Below are positions 23,839-35,240 of a stretch of 64,000 nt of DNA, piece by piece. The position numbers were made by a program, and so were the translations under genes. The notes beneath the pieces were generated by a model. The model made no database searches. It was not told where the DNA came from and saw only the letters and a list, made by a program, of their open reading frames with translations. This stretch comes from Cyanophora paradoxa CCMP329 (Eukaryota > Plantae > Glaucophyta). How positions within the stretch are numbered: the stretch's first letter is position 1; every line of letters starts with the position of its first letter. The stretch covers positions 21,532-85,531 of the forward strand of contig QPMI01000007.1 in the NCBI GenBank assembly GCA_004431415.1, in the 5' to 3' direction.

Positions 23839-26800
23839 CCCCTCCTCGTCCTCCTCGTCTTCCTCGCCCTCCTCGTCGTACTCGTCGTCCTCCGAGACGA
23901 CGTAGACCTCCGAGGGCCCCACCCACGAGCTCGTGTTGTCCGACCACGTCACCTGGCCCTCAGGTGAGCCGGGGGGTACGACAAGAGAAAGACTTGGGCG
24001 CAGCAGCGCACGTGCAGGAGGCCGCCGTGCATGGAGACCAGCTCGCCGACCCAGCGGGACTGGAGCGCGGGGTCGAGGTGGTGGCACGTGTGCCCGTGCC
24101 GCCCCTCGCCCCCGCCCTCGCTGGACCCGCCCTCGCCCTCCCCGCTCGAGCTCGACCCTTCCTCGCCGCTCTCGCCCTCGGCCACAGCCTCGCCGCCCTT
24201 GCCGTCCGCCGCCGCCCCCCCCGCCTCCTCCTCCTCGCTCTCCTCGCCGCTGCTGCTGTCCGAGTCGTCCAGGGGGATCGGCACCGGCTCCAGCCGCACC
24301 ACGACGTCCCCGAGCCTGCAGAGCTGTAAGCTCCTCTCTCTCAATCTCTCCCTCTCTCTCTACTCTCTCGCACCGGTAGGCGTAGTCGGGGTGCTCGACG
24401 ATGTCGTAGACGGAGACGGTCTCCTCCTTGACCGTCGGGTCCACCGTGATCGTCCCGTCCGAGTGCGTCCGCTGCGGCCGGGCGCGTCGGCGACGGACCG
24501 CGGGCGGGCGGGAGAGGGAAAGCCGGAGGACGGGTAAGCTTAGGCTTATTATCTTCTTGCGCGTCGGCGATGGAGGAGCAACAACAGCTCTAACAAGGAG
24601 ACGACGGCGGTGGGAACAACAGCTCTGCCACGGCACGCACCATCCAGCGGATGACGGCGGTGCGCTCCGCCACGTTGACAGAGAGCACGACACCGGCACG
24701 GCGCTGCGGGGCTTTGTTTGAGACGGGGCGGAGATATGAGAGCTGGGGCCGGGGGCGCGCGGGCCTTGAGGGCGGCGGTGCGCTTGCGGGCCTCGACGAC
24801 CGACTCCTCGCGCGAGAGCTCCGGCGCCTCGTCGCCCTCCCCGTGCTCCCCGTTCGCCTCCCCGTTCGCCTCCCCGCCGCCAACTGCTGCTGCTGCCGGC
24901 GCCGCCGCCGGAGCCGGAGCCGACTCCGCCGGACTCGCCTGACTCGCCGCAGCCTCCCCGGCCTCGCTGGGGGCCGGGGCCGCCTCGGCGGCGGAGAGGG
25001 CGAGGGCGGCCTGCAGGTCGCGCTGCTCCTCCTCGTCCTCGCCCTTCTCCAGCACGAACTCGTCCGGCCAGAAGTCGTGCGCCTGCGCCCAAACGATCAG
25101 ACGGAGACGCGAAGGCGAGTTCGCGCGTTCGCGCGCGCGCGCGCCTGGAGGTGCGAGGCCGGGAGGAGCTTCGTGGACTCCACGTCGCGCTCCACCGAGC
25201 CGTCCTGCCACTGCACGTCCACGCTGGTGTAGACCCGCGTCACCTGCGCGCACTGCGCCAGCGGGCTGTTCTTCTTCGCCGCCCGCTTCTTCTTGGCGGG
25301 CGCCTGCTGCCGGCTCTGCCGCCGCCGCGAGACGCCGCTCGCCACCGCCGCCATGACCCGCCGCAGGCCGGCCACCGGCCCGGAGGACGAGGAGGCGGAG
25401 GCCGCCGGCGCGTCGCATCCGTCGCTGTCGGCCTCTGCGCCTGCGCGGCCGGCCGGCCGGTAAGAGGAGAGTGTAAAAGAGCGCAGGAGAGCGCCGCCGC
25501 CGCACCGTGCGCCGCCGGCTCCTTGGTCTTGCTCCGCTTGGACTGCTCGGCGTACTCCTTGATGGACTCGGGGTCCGTGACGGTGTGGTCGCCCAGCTGC
25601 CACCAGGTCGCGCAGAAGACGGACATCGGCTGCAGCACCGCAGGCTCGCAGGCCTCAGGGGGCGGGTCCGAGTCGTCCTGCCCGTTCGCCTGCCCGTTCC
25701 TCGGCGTCAGCGGAGGCGGTGGCGGCGGCGGCGGAGGCGGCGGCGCTGGGCGCGCGCACCGCAGTGATCCAATCGACGAAGACTTCGGAGACAGTGACCG
25801 AGGCGACGGTGCCCTCCAGCCGGTTGCGGAAGGTGCCCTTGAGCCAGCGCCCCTGCTGCAGCACCCGCGCGCTCGTCGCCCGCACCCGCTGCGCGGCCGT
25901 CGGTCGGTCGGCCGGTGGTCGAGCTGAGCGCGGGCGGGCGGGCGGGCGGGGGCGGGCGCGGCGGCGCGCCTGCGTGGGGAAGAACGGCGTCTGCTCGTCA
26001 AAGGCCTCGTCCAGCGGCGTCAGGACGTCCGGCGTCGCGTTCTGGATCTTGACCTGCGCCCGGCGCGCCGGCGCGCCCCGCTCGACCCGGGCGCCGCGCG
26101 GGGCGGGGCGGGGCGGGCGGGAGGGCAACGCGGCGCACCTGGTGGCCGTCGTCGAACTGGATAACGACGTCGTCGCTCACCTGAGGGCGCGCGCTCGTGG
26201 GCCGGCGGGCGGGCGGGCGGCCCGGCACCGGCGGGTCGGAGAAGGGGCGCACGCTCTCGACTCGGCCGAGCCAGAAGCCGTGGGTCACGTAGTGGCCGGG
26301 CCGGAACTGCCGGATGTGCCCGAGCTTCTCCGAGGGGACGCGGCGGCGCTTCTGCCCGCTCTGCAGGTACTTCAGGTCGACCGCGACTTTCACGCTCGTC
26401 ACCGTGCCGCTCTGGCCGCCCACGGGGTCTCCCACGCGCACTACGATGTCTCCATGCCTGCGTCTGCGTAAGTGGGGGGGCGGGGGGCCCCAGCGCCGCC
26501 CGCCCGGCGCACATGAACGACCTGCGCAACGGCGGGCGGTGAGATGCGCGGAAGCGCGGGGCGCGGCGGGCGCCAGGGCAATCCCGACGCGCGCGAGCAC
26601 CTGTCCACGAGCTCCAGACTGCTTTCCGACTCCATCTTGTTGTCGACTGACTTCAGCCAGGCGACAAGCGCAGAACCCGGCGGGACCTCCTCCTGAAATG
26701 GCTGTCAGCGCACGGGAGAGGCCGTCGGCTCATTCAAGTACCTCATAGTCGTCCTCGTCGTCCTCGGGCTCATCCGTGGACGTCTGAGGAGGAGCCCGAC

Positions 26801-26995
26801 CGTGAGCGCCGCAAAGCCCGTCGCGCGCGGCGGCGCACCCGTGCCACAACGCCGATCTGCTGCGGCTTGTTCCGGAGCTGCACCACGTCGTCGTGTAGGA
26901 ACTGCGCGAACTGGTCAGCGCGGCGGCGCGTTGAAGAAGAGGCAACAGCTCCCTGCGCGTTGCTCTCGCACCTTCTGCACGTGGCGCTCTCCCAT
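21031..26995 (-). CDS. UBE2O: UBE2O / plant UBC23-PHO2-like large ubiquitin-conjugating enzyme
   Basis: N-terminal DRSFMHGDIV, FRPGHYVTHGFWLGRV, WQDGS, HDFWPDEFV, VSVYDIVEHPDYAYRLGDVVVRL. UBC domain GPEGTP..FVFDVTLPPDYPQSPP..INPNLYTNGKVCLSLLGTW..LQVLVSLQGLVLNEHPYYNEAG with the catalytic Cys. Confidence 0.93.
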
Positions 26996-27089
26996 TGCGG
27001 TAGAGCGACGACCTCGACCCAACTCGCCGTACCCGCACCCTGAACAGCGTACCCGGCCGGCGAGTTCAAGTCTGCGGCCAGCAGGCACG
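26996..27089. promoter_or_regulatory. 94-bp interval between divergent start codons, with internal dyad symmetry
   Basis: AACTCGCCG (27021-27029) and CGGCGAGTT (27058-27066) form a perfect 9-bp inverted repeat. Two direct CGTACCCG copies start at 27028 and 27048. Confidence 0.6.
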
Positions 27090-29017
27090 ATGGCGAAGAT
27101 AAAGAACTCCGGTGAGGGTCTCCTCGCTTATCCCAGCAGCCCGCGCGCCATCCCCAGCGTTCCGGCATATCCCTTGAGCGCTCCCTAAAATACGTGTGGC
27201 TAAGCCCTGGCTCCCGCATAGGCGCTCTGAACTCGCAGACACCTCTCGTAGCCCGTGCTCTTTCGAGTGACGCCGCGTGACCTCCGTGGTCTGCAGACAT
27301 TCTGAAGGACTACGACCTGGGAAAGACTCTCGGCTCGGGCTCCTTTGCGACAGTGAAGGTCGGCACGAACAAGGTACGCAACTCGAGGCTGGGCCTTGCT
27401 CTCGCGCAACGCCTCATCACATGAGCTAATCTTTGGCGACCGCCGTAGACCACGAAGGAGAAGTTTGCTATCAAGATCATCGAGAAGGAAAACTGCCAGG
27501 ACGATTCCATCCTCAATGAGATCGAGATCCTGCAGCGGGTCAGTGGCGCCAGCTTCAGCTTTTGCAATCCGCGAACGCCCCTCCAGATATCGCACCCGAA
27601 CGTGGTGGCGCTCTACGAGGCTTATCAGACGCCCAAGCGGTTGTATCTAGTAATGGAGCTGTGCGCTATTTGCGCCTCCCTTTAGTTCTACGCGCTTCGT
27701 TTTGATCTGCCGAACTACAGGGTCACGGGCGGCGAACTATACGACAGGATTGTTGCGAGAGGAAACTACACAGAAAAAGACGCAGCGACGCTCATCGCGA
27801 CGGTGCTTGCGCGCTGTGCGGCCGAGACGAACACATGCCGGGTCCTCATTAGCCATCCTCCTTCCGCCTGCCGCAGATCGTGAAGGCCATCGCCTACTTG
27901 CACGACAATGGCGTCGTGCACCGAGACCTAAAGCCCGAAAACCTGCTGTACGCTTCTGAGGCTTCGGATGCGGAGATCAAGATCACAGGCGCGCCGGCGC
28001 CGCGCCGCCCGCACGTCATCTGCGCGGTCGCCCTCTTACGCGGGGCGGCAGACTTCGGCCTGTCGAAGGTTCTTAACCACGACAAGTCGATGACGACCCT
28101 CTGCGGTTCTCCCCTCTACGTCGGTCCGTCTCATGCGCTGGCGCCCCATGCCGAGCGCCGCGCTCAACCGCCCCGCAGCACCCGAGATTCTCTCGAACAA
28201 GGGCTACGACAAGGCAGTGGACATGTGGTCGATTGGCGTCCTCCTGTACATTCTGTGCGGCCGCTTTCTTTCCTTTTCGGGTCCCTTTCGCACCGATCCG
28301 TTACGCCCGCGGCAGGCTCTGCGGTTTCCCGCCGTTCTACAGCGAGAGTGAGCCTGTACTCTTCAAGCAGATCATGAAGGGCCAGTTCGACTTCCCTGAC
28401 CCGGAGTGGACGGACATCAGCCCCGCCGGTGCGGACTCGCAGGGTTGCGGAGCGGCGCGGCGACGCGGCGCCCTGACCGCCCTGCGCCCCGGCAGCCAAG
28501 GAGCTCGTCACCAAGCTTCTGGACGTGAACCCAAAGACCCGCCTCACCGCCGCCCAGGCCCTCAAGCACCCCTGGATCGCCGTGCGCCGCGCCGCGCCGC
28601 GCAGCCGCCTGCGAGGGTGCGGGCGCTGAACGCGGGGCGGGGGCGCAGACGGAGGACGGCGCGTCGGGGAGGTCCCTGCAGGACACCATCAAGGCCCTCA
28701 AGATCTTCAACGCGAAGCACAAGTTCAAGGCGCGCGCGCCGGCGGGCGGGTCCGGCGCCGCCGCGCTCTGACGCGGGGGGCGAGCAGGTGGCGGCCAAGG
28801 GTATCATCGCCGCCGGCAAGCTCGCGGCGCTGCGCGTGTACGCCCCCCCCCCCCCCCCCCCGCCCTTGCCCCTCCCTCGCGGAGCCCGCTCGCTCGCTCG
28901 CTCACCCCCCGCGCCCCTCAGTGGCGGGAAGTCCCCGGCAGAAGGGTGAGGGCCGATGCGCTCTTCCCGTGTGCTCTTCCAGTGCGCTGACGGCGGCGCC
29001 ACCGCAGGAGCTCGTGA
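27090..29017 (+). CDS. CaMKI-like Ca2+/calmodulin-dependent protein kinase
   Basis: [67 protein letters not shown], then a CaM-binding-like tail [23 protein letters not shown]. No EF-hands. Confidence 0.93.
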
Positions 29018-30513
29018 TAGCGCACAGCGCGGGTCCACATCCCAGGCGCCGATCAGGGCCGGGGGGCCTCGCCGCCCCCCACGCCGGCTGGCGCACAGAC
29101 GGGGTGTGCGATCGGGTAGCGTAGGCTGCAGTGAAACCAAACCACTGATTCCCTGTCCTCGGTTTCGGCAACGAGATCTAGAGCTTGTGCGCAGACGTGT
29201 CTCTACGACTCACTAGGCGCCATCGGTCGCCCTGGGCAAGCGCTAGCCCTGGCGCCCACGGCACGCGGCGCTCAGCGGCTAGAGGAATAGCCCATGCAGC
29301 TGCAGCCTGCAGGCTGCAGCGATGCAGCGCTGCCACAGCAGCGCGAAGTCACTTTGCACAGCACAGCGCTAGCGCTAGCCCGGCACGCCGCGCTCAGCGC
29401 AACCAGGTAAAGAAATAGCGCTAGCCCATGCAGCTGCAGCGCTGGCGTCGCTTGCAGACTCACGTCCGCGAGCTCGAGTTGCACTTACAGGCACGCGCGG
29501 TCGTGACAATGGAAAGTTGCACCGCCCATTCACAGTCGATCCGGGTACAATAAAACATCGGCGCTTCCCTGCGGTCCTCTCGGCAGCAGCGGGCTTTCGC
29601 AATCGCGGCGTTCTCTTGGCGGGCACAACGCTCCGCAACGTTCCCGACGGGCTTAGTCCCGGACGGCGCCATGGTGAGAGCACGCGTGCAATTCTTCCGG
29701 GCCCTCCTGAGCCTTCGGGCGCTCGGGCGCAGGCGCAAGCCTTTGGCATGATGACATCGGTTGGGATGCCTGACCCTCGGCTCCTTCCCGTGGACCCGAA
29801 CTCGGTTGGGCCAACCGAGGTCTCGGGACCCTTGTCGCAGGTCCGCCACGCCGCCGCCGGGCCCGTTCCCGGGCCCTTTCTTTGATACAATATCACCAAC
29901 GCCTATCTCTATCGCTTTACCTTCAGGAGTTTCCCGGCGAGCGTGACACGCTGTTCGCGGCCCAGCGAACAGTACGTTTCGGCCACCAGCAGCGGAGTTA
30001 TTCTGTGCCGACGCAGCTCGCGGATACTTCTACGGAGCGAAGAAACGCACTGGTGAAGGCCCCCGGCCGTGTCGTCGCGGGCGCGCTACTAATGCACGCC
30101 TTAGGACGCCGCTGGTCTCTCCTGCCCGCAGTCGCCGATGGGACTGCTGCCAGGCCGGCAGATGTCAGATTCTAGCATAACCAGCATTGATAGTTATCCA
30201 AGCACCTTCTCCATCGGTTCGGCCGCTTTGGACATTGGCGGCAGCCTCAGGTCTTTGTCGCGGGTCTCATCTGGTGAGCAACGCTACATTCTTGCATCTT
30301 AATCGTGGTGGAACTGATTTTATCCCTCTAAAAAGCAGGCGACGAGTTAAACAGGACGGTTGGCGGCTCTCCGAGCCAAGCAACCGTGTTTCCAGCACAG
30401 TCACTTCATATGCAGGGCTTGTTTGGGTGAGCGTGTTTCTTTGTGTTGTTTACTGCCTCTTGCGGTGTTCTAACGCACTGACCCGCAGGATAAATGATAA
30501 GGCCGAATATACA

Positions 30514-32319
30514 ATGCGGCGCCCCTATGCGGGATTCCCGCCTCGGCCGGGCCCGCTCGGAGCATCCAGTATGAGGAGAACTCGATCACGCGGTACGCAT
30601 GCTAAACTCTCGTTGCCGGCTGCGCGCCGTAACGTCCGCCGCAGTGAGCCTGTACGACGCCATCAACGAGGATCCATCTAGCCTGTCCGAGGACCGCGAA
30701 TCAGACGGGCGCCAGGTCGAAGACGTGGAGTCTGAGCAGGAATCTGGCTTCTTCGGGGGTCCGCTTTCTGCTCTGCAATCGCCCCGAGATCCACTTATGC
30801 CGCCGCCAGACATGGAGAGCGTGAACCAGCCGCTGGAGGAGCCGACGCCGTCGGACCTGCCGCGGAGATCGTCGGAGGAATCTTCTCAGTCGGATGTCAT
30901 GGGCGAGCCTGCAGGAATAAGTATGGCGGCGGCGGCGGCAGCGGCGGCGGCGGAGCAGAACTTGGGCGTTGAGCCCAGCAGAACTCTGTTCGTTTGGGGC
31001 GTGGTTGGATCGAACATGGACGAGATCCGGACGATGTTCGAGGTGCTGACGATCACCGCCTTTTCTTTCCTTTTCCGTTCTCACGCCCGCGCCAGCAATT
31101 CGGCCCGCTGCGGACTTTCTACGCGGCAAGCAAGCACAGGGGATTCGTGATGCTCACGTACAACGACGTGCGGCACGCGACGGCGGCGAAGCGCGCGCTG
31201 CACCTCCAGCCGGGGGCGGGCAGCCCGCGGCTGTCCGTGCACTACGCCGTCTCTCCGAGCGGAGCGCGGGACGCGATGTCGCAAGGAGACGTTGGCATCT
31301 CCGGCCTCGGCTTCGATTCTGGCCCGTCGGCCGGTGCGCTGCGCTGCGCCCCGTCCGCCCGCTCTCCGTCCGCAGGCCTTCTCACCCGCGGCGCACGCGC
31401 AGGCGCACCGCCGGCGCGGAAGATGTTCGCGTCGGGCGTGCCGTCGCTGGAGCCGGTGTCAGAGACGGGGATGCTGGCCTCGACGTTCGGGCGCGTCCCG
31501 AGCATGTTCAGCGAACGCTCGGCGCCCGTCGACATGCTGCGCCCGCCGCCGGCGGACTCGGGCATGCGCGGCCCGCAGCTTTCCTCGTCCGCGCCGGCGT
31601 CGGTGCTGCAGCCGTCGGCGTTCACGCGCTCGCCCCGCCTGGATGCCGTCCCGAGCACGGGCTCGATACCGGACCTGCACGCGCTCTCGAGCAAGCTGGA
31701 GGAGACCCCGCGAACGGCGGTCCTCGGGCTCCCGCGCATGGGCAGCGCCGGCGACCTCTCCGCGCTGGACGGCATGTGGACCCCGAGCGCCGCTGAGTCC
31801 TCGTCCATGCGGCGCGGCGCGCCCGGCGAGGCCTCCGGGCAGTCCTCGTCCTCGTCGCCGACGCCCGCCGCGGCGCCGGCGACCTCGGCCTACGGCCAGG
31901 GCCGCTCCGCCGGCTCGATCATGCACACGAGCCTCTCCGAGCCCTCGCTCATGACCATGGGCGCGCCGCCGGCCTCGGTGCGCCTCCCCCGCCTCGGTTC
32001 GCAAACGGGGCACCGGCTGACCCCTGCGGCAGCGGATGGCGGGCGGGCAGGGCGGCATGGGACCGCCGCCGCCGGTGCCGGCGGGCGGCCGGATGCAGCA
32101 GGGGATGGGCGGGCAGGTGCCGTCGGCGGCGGTGCTGCAGCAGATGCAGGCGCAGGCGCGGGCGGCGGCGGCGGCCACGATCCAGGCGGCGAACATCGAG
32201 CTTGCGGCGCAGAAGGTCGCGGCGCAGCAGGCGGCGGCGCAGCAGGCGGCGCAGCAGGCGGCTCAGCAGCAGGCGAACCTCGAGTTCGAGCTCGCCAGCT
32301 ACGGCGACTACGGCCACCA

Positions 32320-32350
<31 letters not shown>

Positions 32351-34051
32351 GCCGGCGGCGTTGCGGGGCTCACGCCCGCCGCGGCGGCGGCCGGCATGCT
32401 CGGGCTCTACGGGGATACCGCGGCGGCAGCCCGCTCGGGCTCGGCATGGGCGGGAGCCCGGCGGTCTCCCCGCTGGCGCTCGCTCAGGCGGCGGCGGCGG
32501 CGGCGGCCGGCGCGGGCGGCATGGCGCGCGGGCCCGGCGGAATGCGCAGCTCGCTCTCCATGAGCCACCTGCCCTCGGCCATGTACCAGGACCACTACCG
32601 GCGCTCGCCGTCGGACACGGCGCTCAACACCCTCGCGACCTCCTCCGTCGCCGCCGCCGTCGCAGCCGCCACCAAGGCCACCTCGGGCGCCGGCATGGGC
32701 GGGCCGGGGCCCCTCACCGGCTCGCTGGCCGGCCGCGTGCCCAAGCCCGCGTCGGCCTCCCCCGGCGCCGCACGGAGCGGCTCGGGCTCAGCGGGCGGCG
32801 CGGCGGCGGCGGGGCAGAACCCGCACCACAAGAAGCGGGCGGTTTCAGACGCCGAGGACCGAGCGGTCTTCGAGATCGACATCGAGAAGATCCGGGCCGG
32901 CCACGAGCGCCGCACGACCGTCATGGTCAAGAACATCCCGAACAAGTACAGCCAGAAGGTCCGAGCGCCCTTCATCCATCCCTGCCGGACTCGTTTCCTG
33001 ATCGCCGGCGCCTCAGATGCTGCTGGCGGCGGTGGACGAGAAGCACAAGGGCCAGTACGACTTCTTCTACCTCCCGATCGACTTCAAGAACAAGTGCAAC
33101 GTCGGCTACGCCTTCATCAACTTCATCTACCCCGCCAGCATCGTCGACTTCATGATCAACTTCAACGCGAAGAAGTGGGACAAGTTCAACTCGGAGAAGG
33201 TCTGCTCCATCACCTTCGCCCGCATCCAGGGCAAGGTCGGCCCGCCCCGCCCCGCTCTGCTCGCCGGCGCCGCGGCCGCTCACGCGCGCGCGCTCCCTCC
33301 CTCGCTGCAGACGAACCTCATCCAGCACTTCCAGAACAGCTCGCTGATGTGCGAGGACAAGAAGTGCCGGCCGATCATCTTCCACTCGGACGGGCCGCTG
33401 CAGGGCGAGCAGGAGCCGTTCCCCGTCGGCAACAACATCCGCCGGCGCATGAAGTCTGAGGACGGCGGGCAGCCGGCCCCCGGGCCAGCCCCCGGCCTCG
33501 GCCTCGGGCGCGCGGCGGAGCGCTACAAGGGGCGCGCCCCCGGCGGGGCCTCCTCCATGGACTCGCTCTCCTCCATCGACCGCCCCTCCATCGACGCCGT
33601 CCGCCGCCGCGACGCCAGCGGCGGCCCGGGGCCCCGCGACGGCTCCTCGGTCGCCGCCGCCGCGGCCGCGGCCGCCGCGGCCGCCGCCGCCGCGATGGAC
33701 CCGAACGGGATGCTCTCGCAGCTGCACCCGACGGCGGCGGCGCTCATGATGGCGCAGGCGCAGGCGCAGGCGCAGCACGCCCAGGCGCAGGCGCAGGCGC
33801 AGGCGGCGGCGAGCCTGGCGAACCTCGCCGGCCTGCAGCGGGGCGGGCAGGCCCTCGGACACGGTCATGGGCACGGGCACGGCCACGGGCACGGGGACCT
33901 GGCCGCGGCGATGCAGCAGATGCTCGGGGGGGGCCCGATGCTGGGCGGGGGCCCCTCGCTCGGCGCCCTCAGCCTCCGCGGGCCCATCGACCCCGCCGCC
34001 CTCTTGAGCTTCAGCCAGCTCCAGCTCGGCCGCGACGCCGCAGCCGTCTAG
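30514..34051 (+). CDS. Mei2-like RNA-binding protein
   Basis: RRM1 PSRTLFV...FE|QFGPLRTFYAASKHRGFVMLTYNDVRHA and the diagnostic C-terminal RRM RTTVMVKNIPNKYSQK|MLL...YDFFYLPIDFKNKCNVGYAFINF...FNSEKVCSITFARIQGK. The start is uncertain; extra exons may lie at 29748-30490. Confidence 0.92.
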
Positions 34052-34099
34052 CCGCCCGCCCCGGCCTTCTTGCCTTCCGCTTCTTTCGCTCAGCTGCTT

Positions 34100-34520
34100 C
34101 CTTTTTAACAGTCAGTTTGTCCCATATTACGACAAGTCGCACTAAAGCTTAATAATGACAGTTCCCTTTCTTCTCAGCTTTGCACAGACCTTTGGTACCC
34201 CCGTCTTTCTCTCCCCTCGGTTGTAAATCCTACCTTTTGTCCACACACACCTTCCGCGTCCCGCAGCTGTTCACTACCTTTCGATTAGTCACTTTCAGAA
34301 CGCGGGACATTAGAGGGTGTAGGTGGGTCCAGTCAGGCCGCAAGCCATGTCCGAACGCTTGAGAGTCTGCGCGATGTGTTTTTTTCCCAGTTGCCTGATG
34401 CCCTGTACAATAATCAAAACAGTTATCTCTGAGCCTAGATCCGCAGCTAGTCGTTTTCAGGAGTTTGTACACTTATCCCAGTGACCTTGCAGTTCCTCTG
34501 TTCAATTTCTTAGTACAGGT
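34100..34520. mobile_element. Dispersed repeat B, copy 1 (~420 bp, lower GC, non-coding)
   Basis: Aligns end to end with 43910-44369 in the same orientation, with sharp boundaries (CCTTTT(T)AACAG...TAGTACAGGT). It sits ~50 bp after the Mei2-like stop codon. Confidence 0.8.
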
Positions 34521-35240
34521 TGTGCTTCCAGAGCGGGCTGGGGGGTGCACGTGAGACCAGGCAGGACTAGCACTCATGATCAGAAGGGGACGTACAGCAG
34601 CTGGGCGGCCGGAGGGGACGTTGACGCGGGCCACGTGGCCCGGCTTATAGCTTAAGTTGTTTAACGTACGCGTCGACGTCGACTCGCCGATCATCATCGG
34701 ATTAATTAAGTAATTATAATTATAAGCTTCTCCGGCCGGCGGCCCACCGCCGCCCCTCGCGCCCCCGCGGCCTCCAGCTCCGAGACTCTCAATTGCCAAG
34801 GCCTCGGAGTCCGACGGTCTCGCAATTGCAATCCAGCCGCGTCATCAAAACATTGCATTTGCTTGGCAAATGGTGCAACATGTTCGTCAAAAACATTCAA
34901 TGATTCCCGCACATGCCGCAGTGCGCATGCACAGACTACAGCTGTGCATACGTACCGACGTCTAAATCAGAAGTTGACTGCATAATGAAAGAACAGCCAA
35001 ACCGTGGAACAAAAATTCATAACTGTATAGCTTGAAAACGAGACAGTCGACGTCCGATCGGAACTTCGGAAGGCCGATCTTGAGACACAGCCGCTGAGCT
35101 AGCGCTAGCGCTGCCACTTCATGATCAAATTATATATTTAAAGAAAGTACTAGTACCGTTGAAATCAACTATATAGATTGTCAGGATCTATCTTGGTGGA
35201 TCTAGACTACGAAAAGAACGTCGTGATTGTGCCACGGTGA

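Noticed and set aside
34230-34472. Short ORF MYKLLKTTSC... in both repeat B copies
   Set aside because: It starts at GTG, the copies differ by indels and in their stop positions, and it has no recognisable domain.
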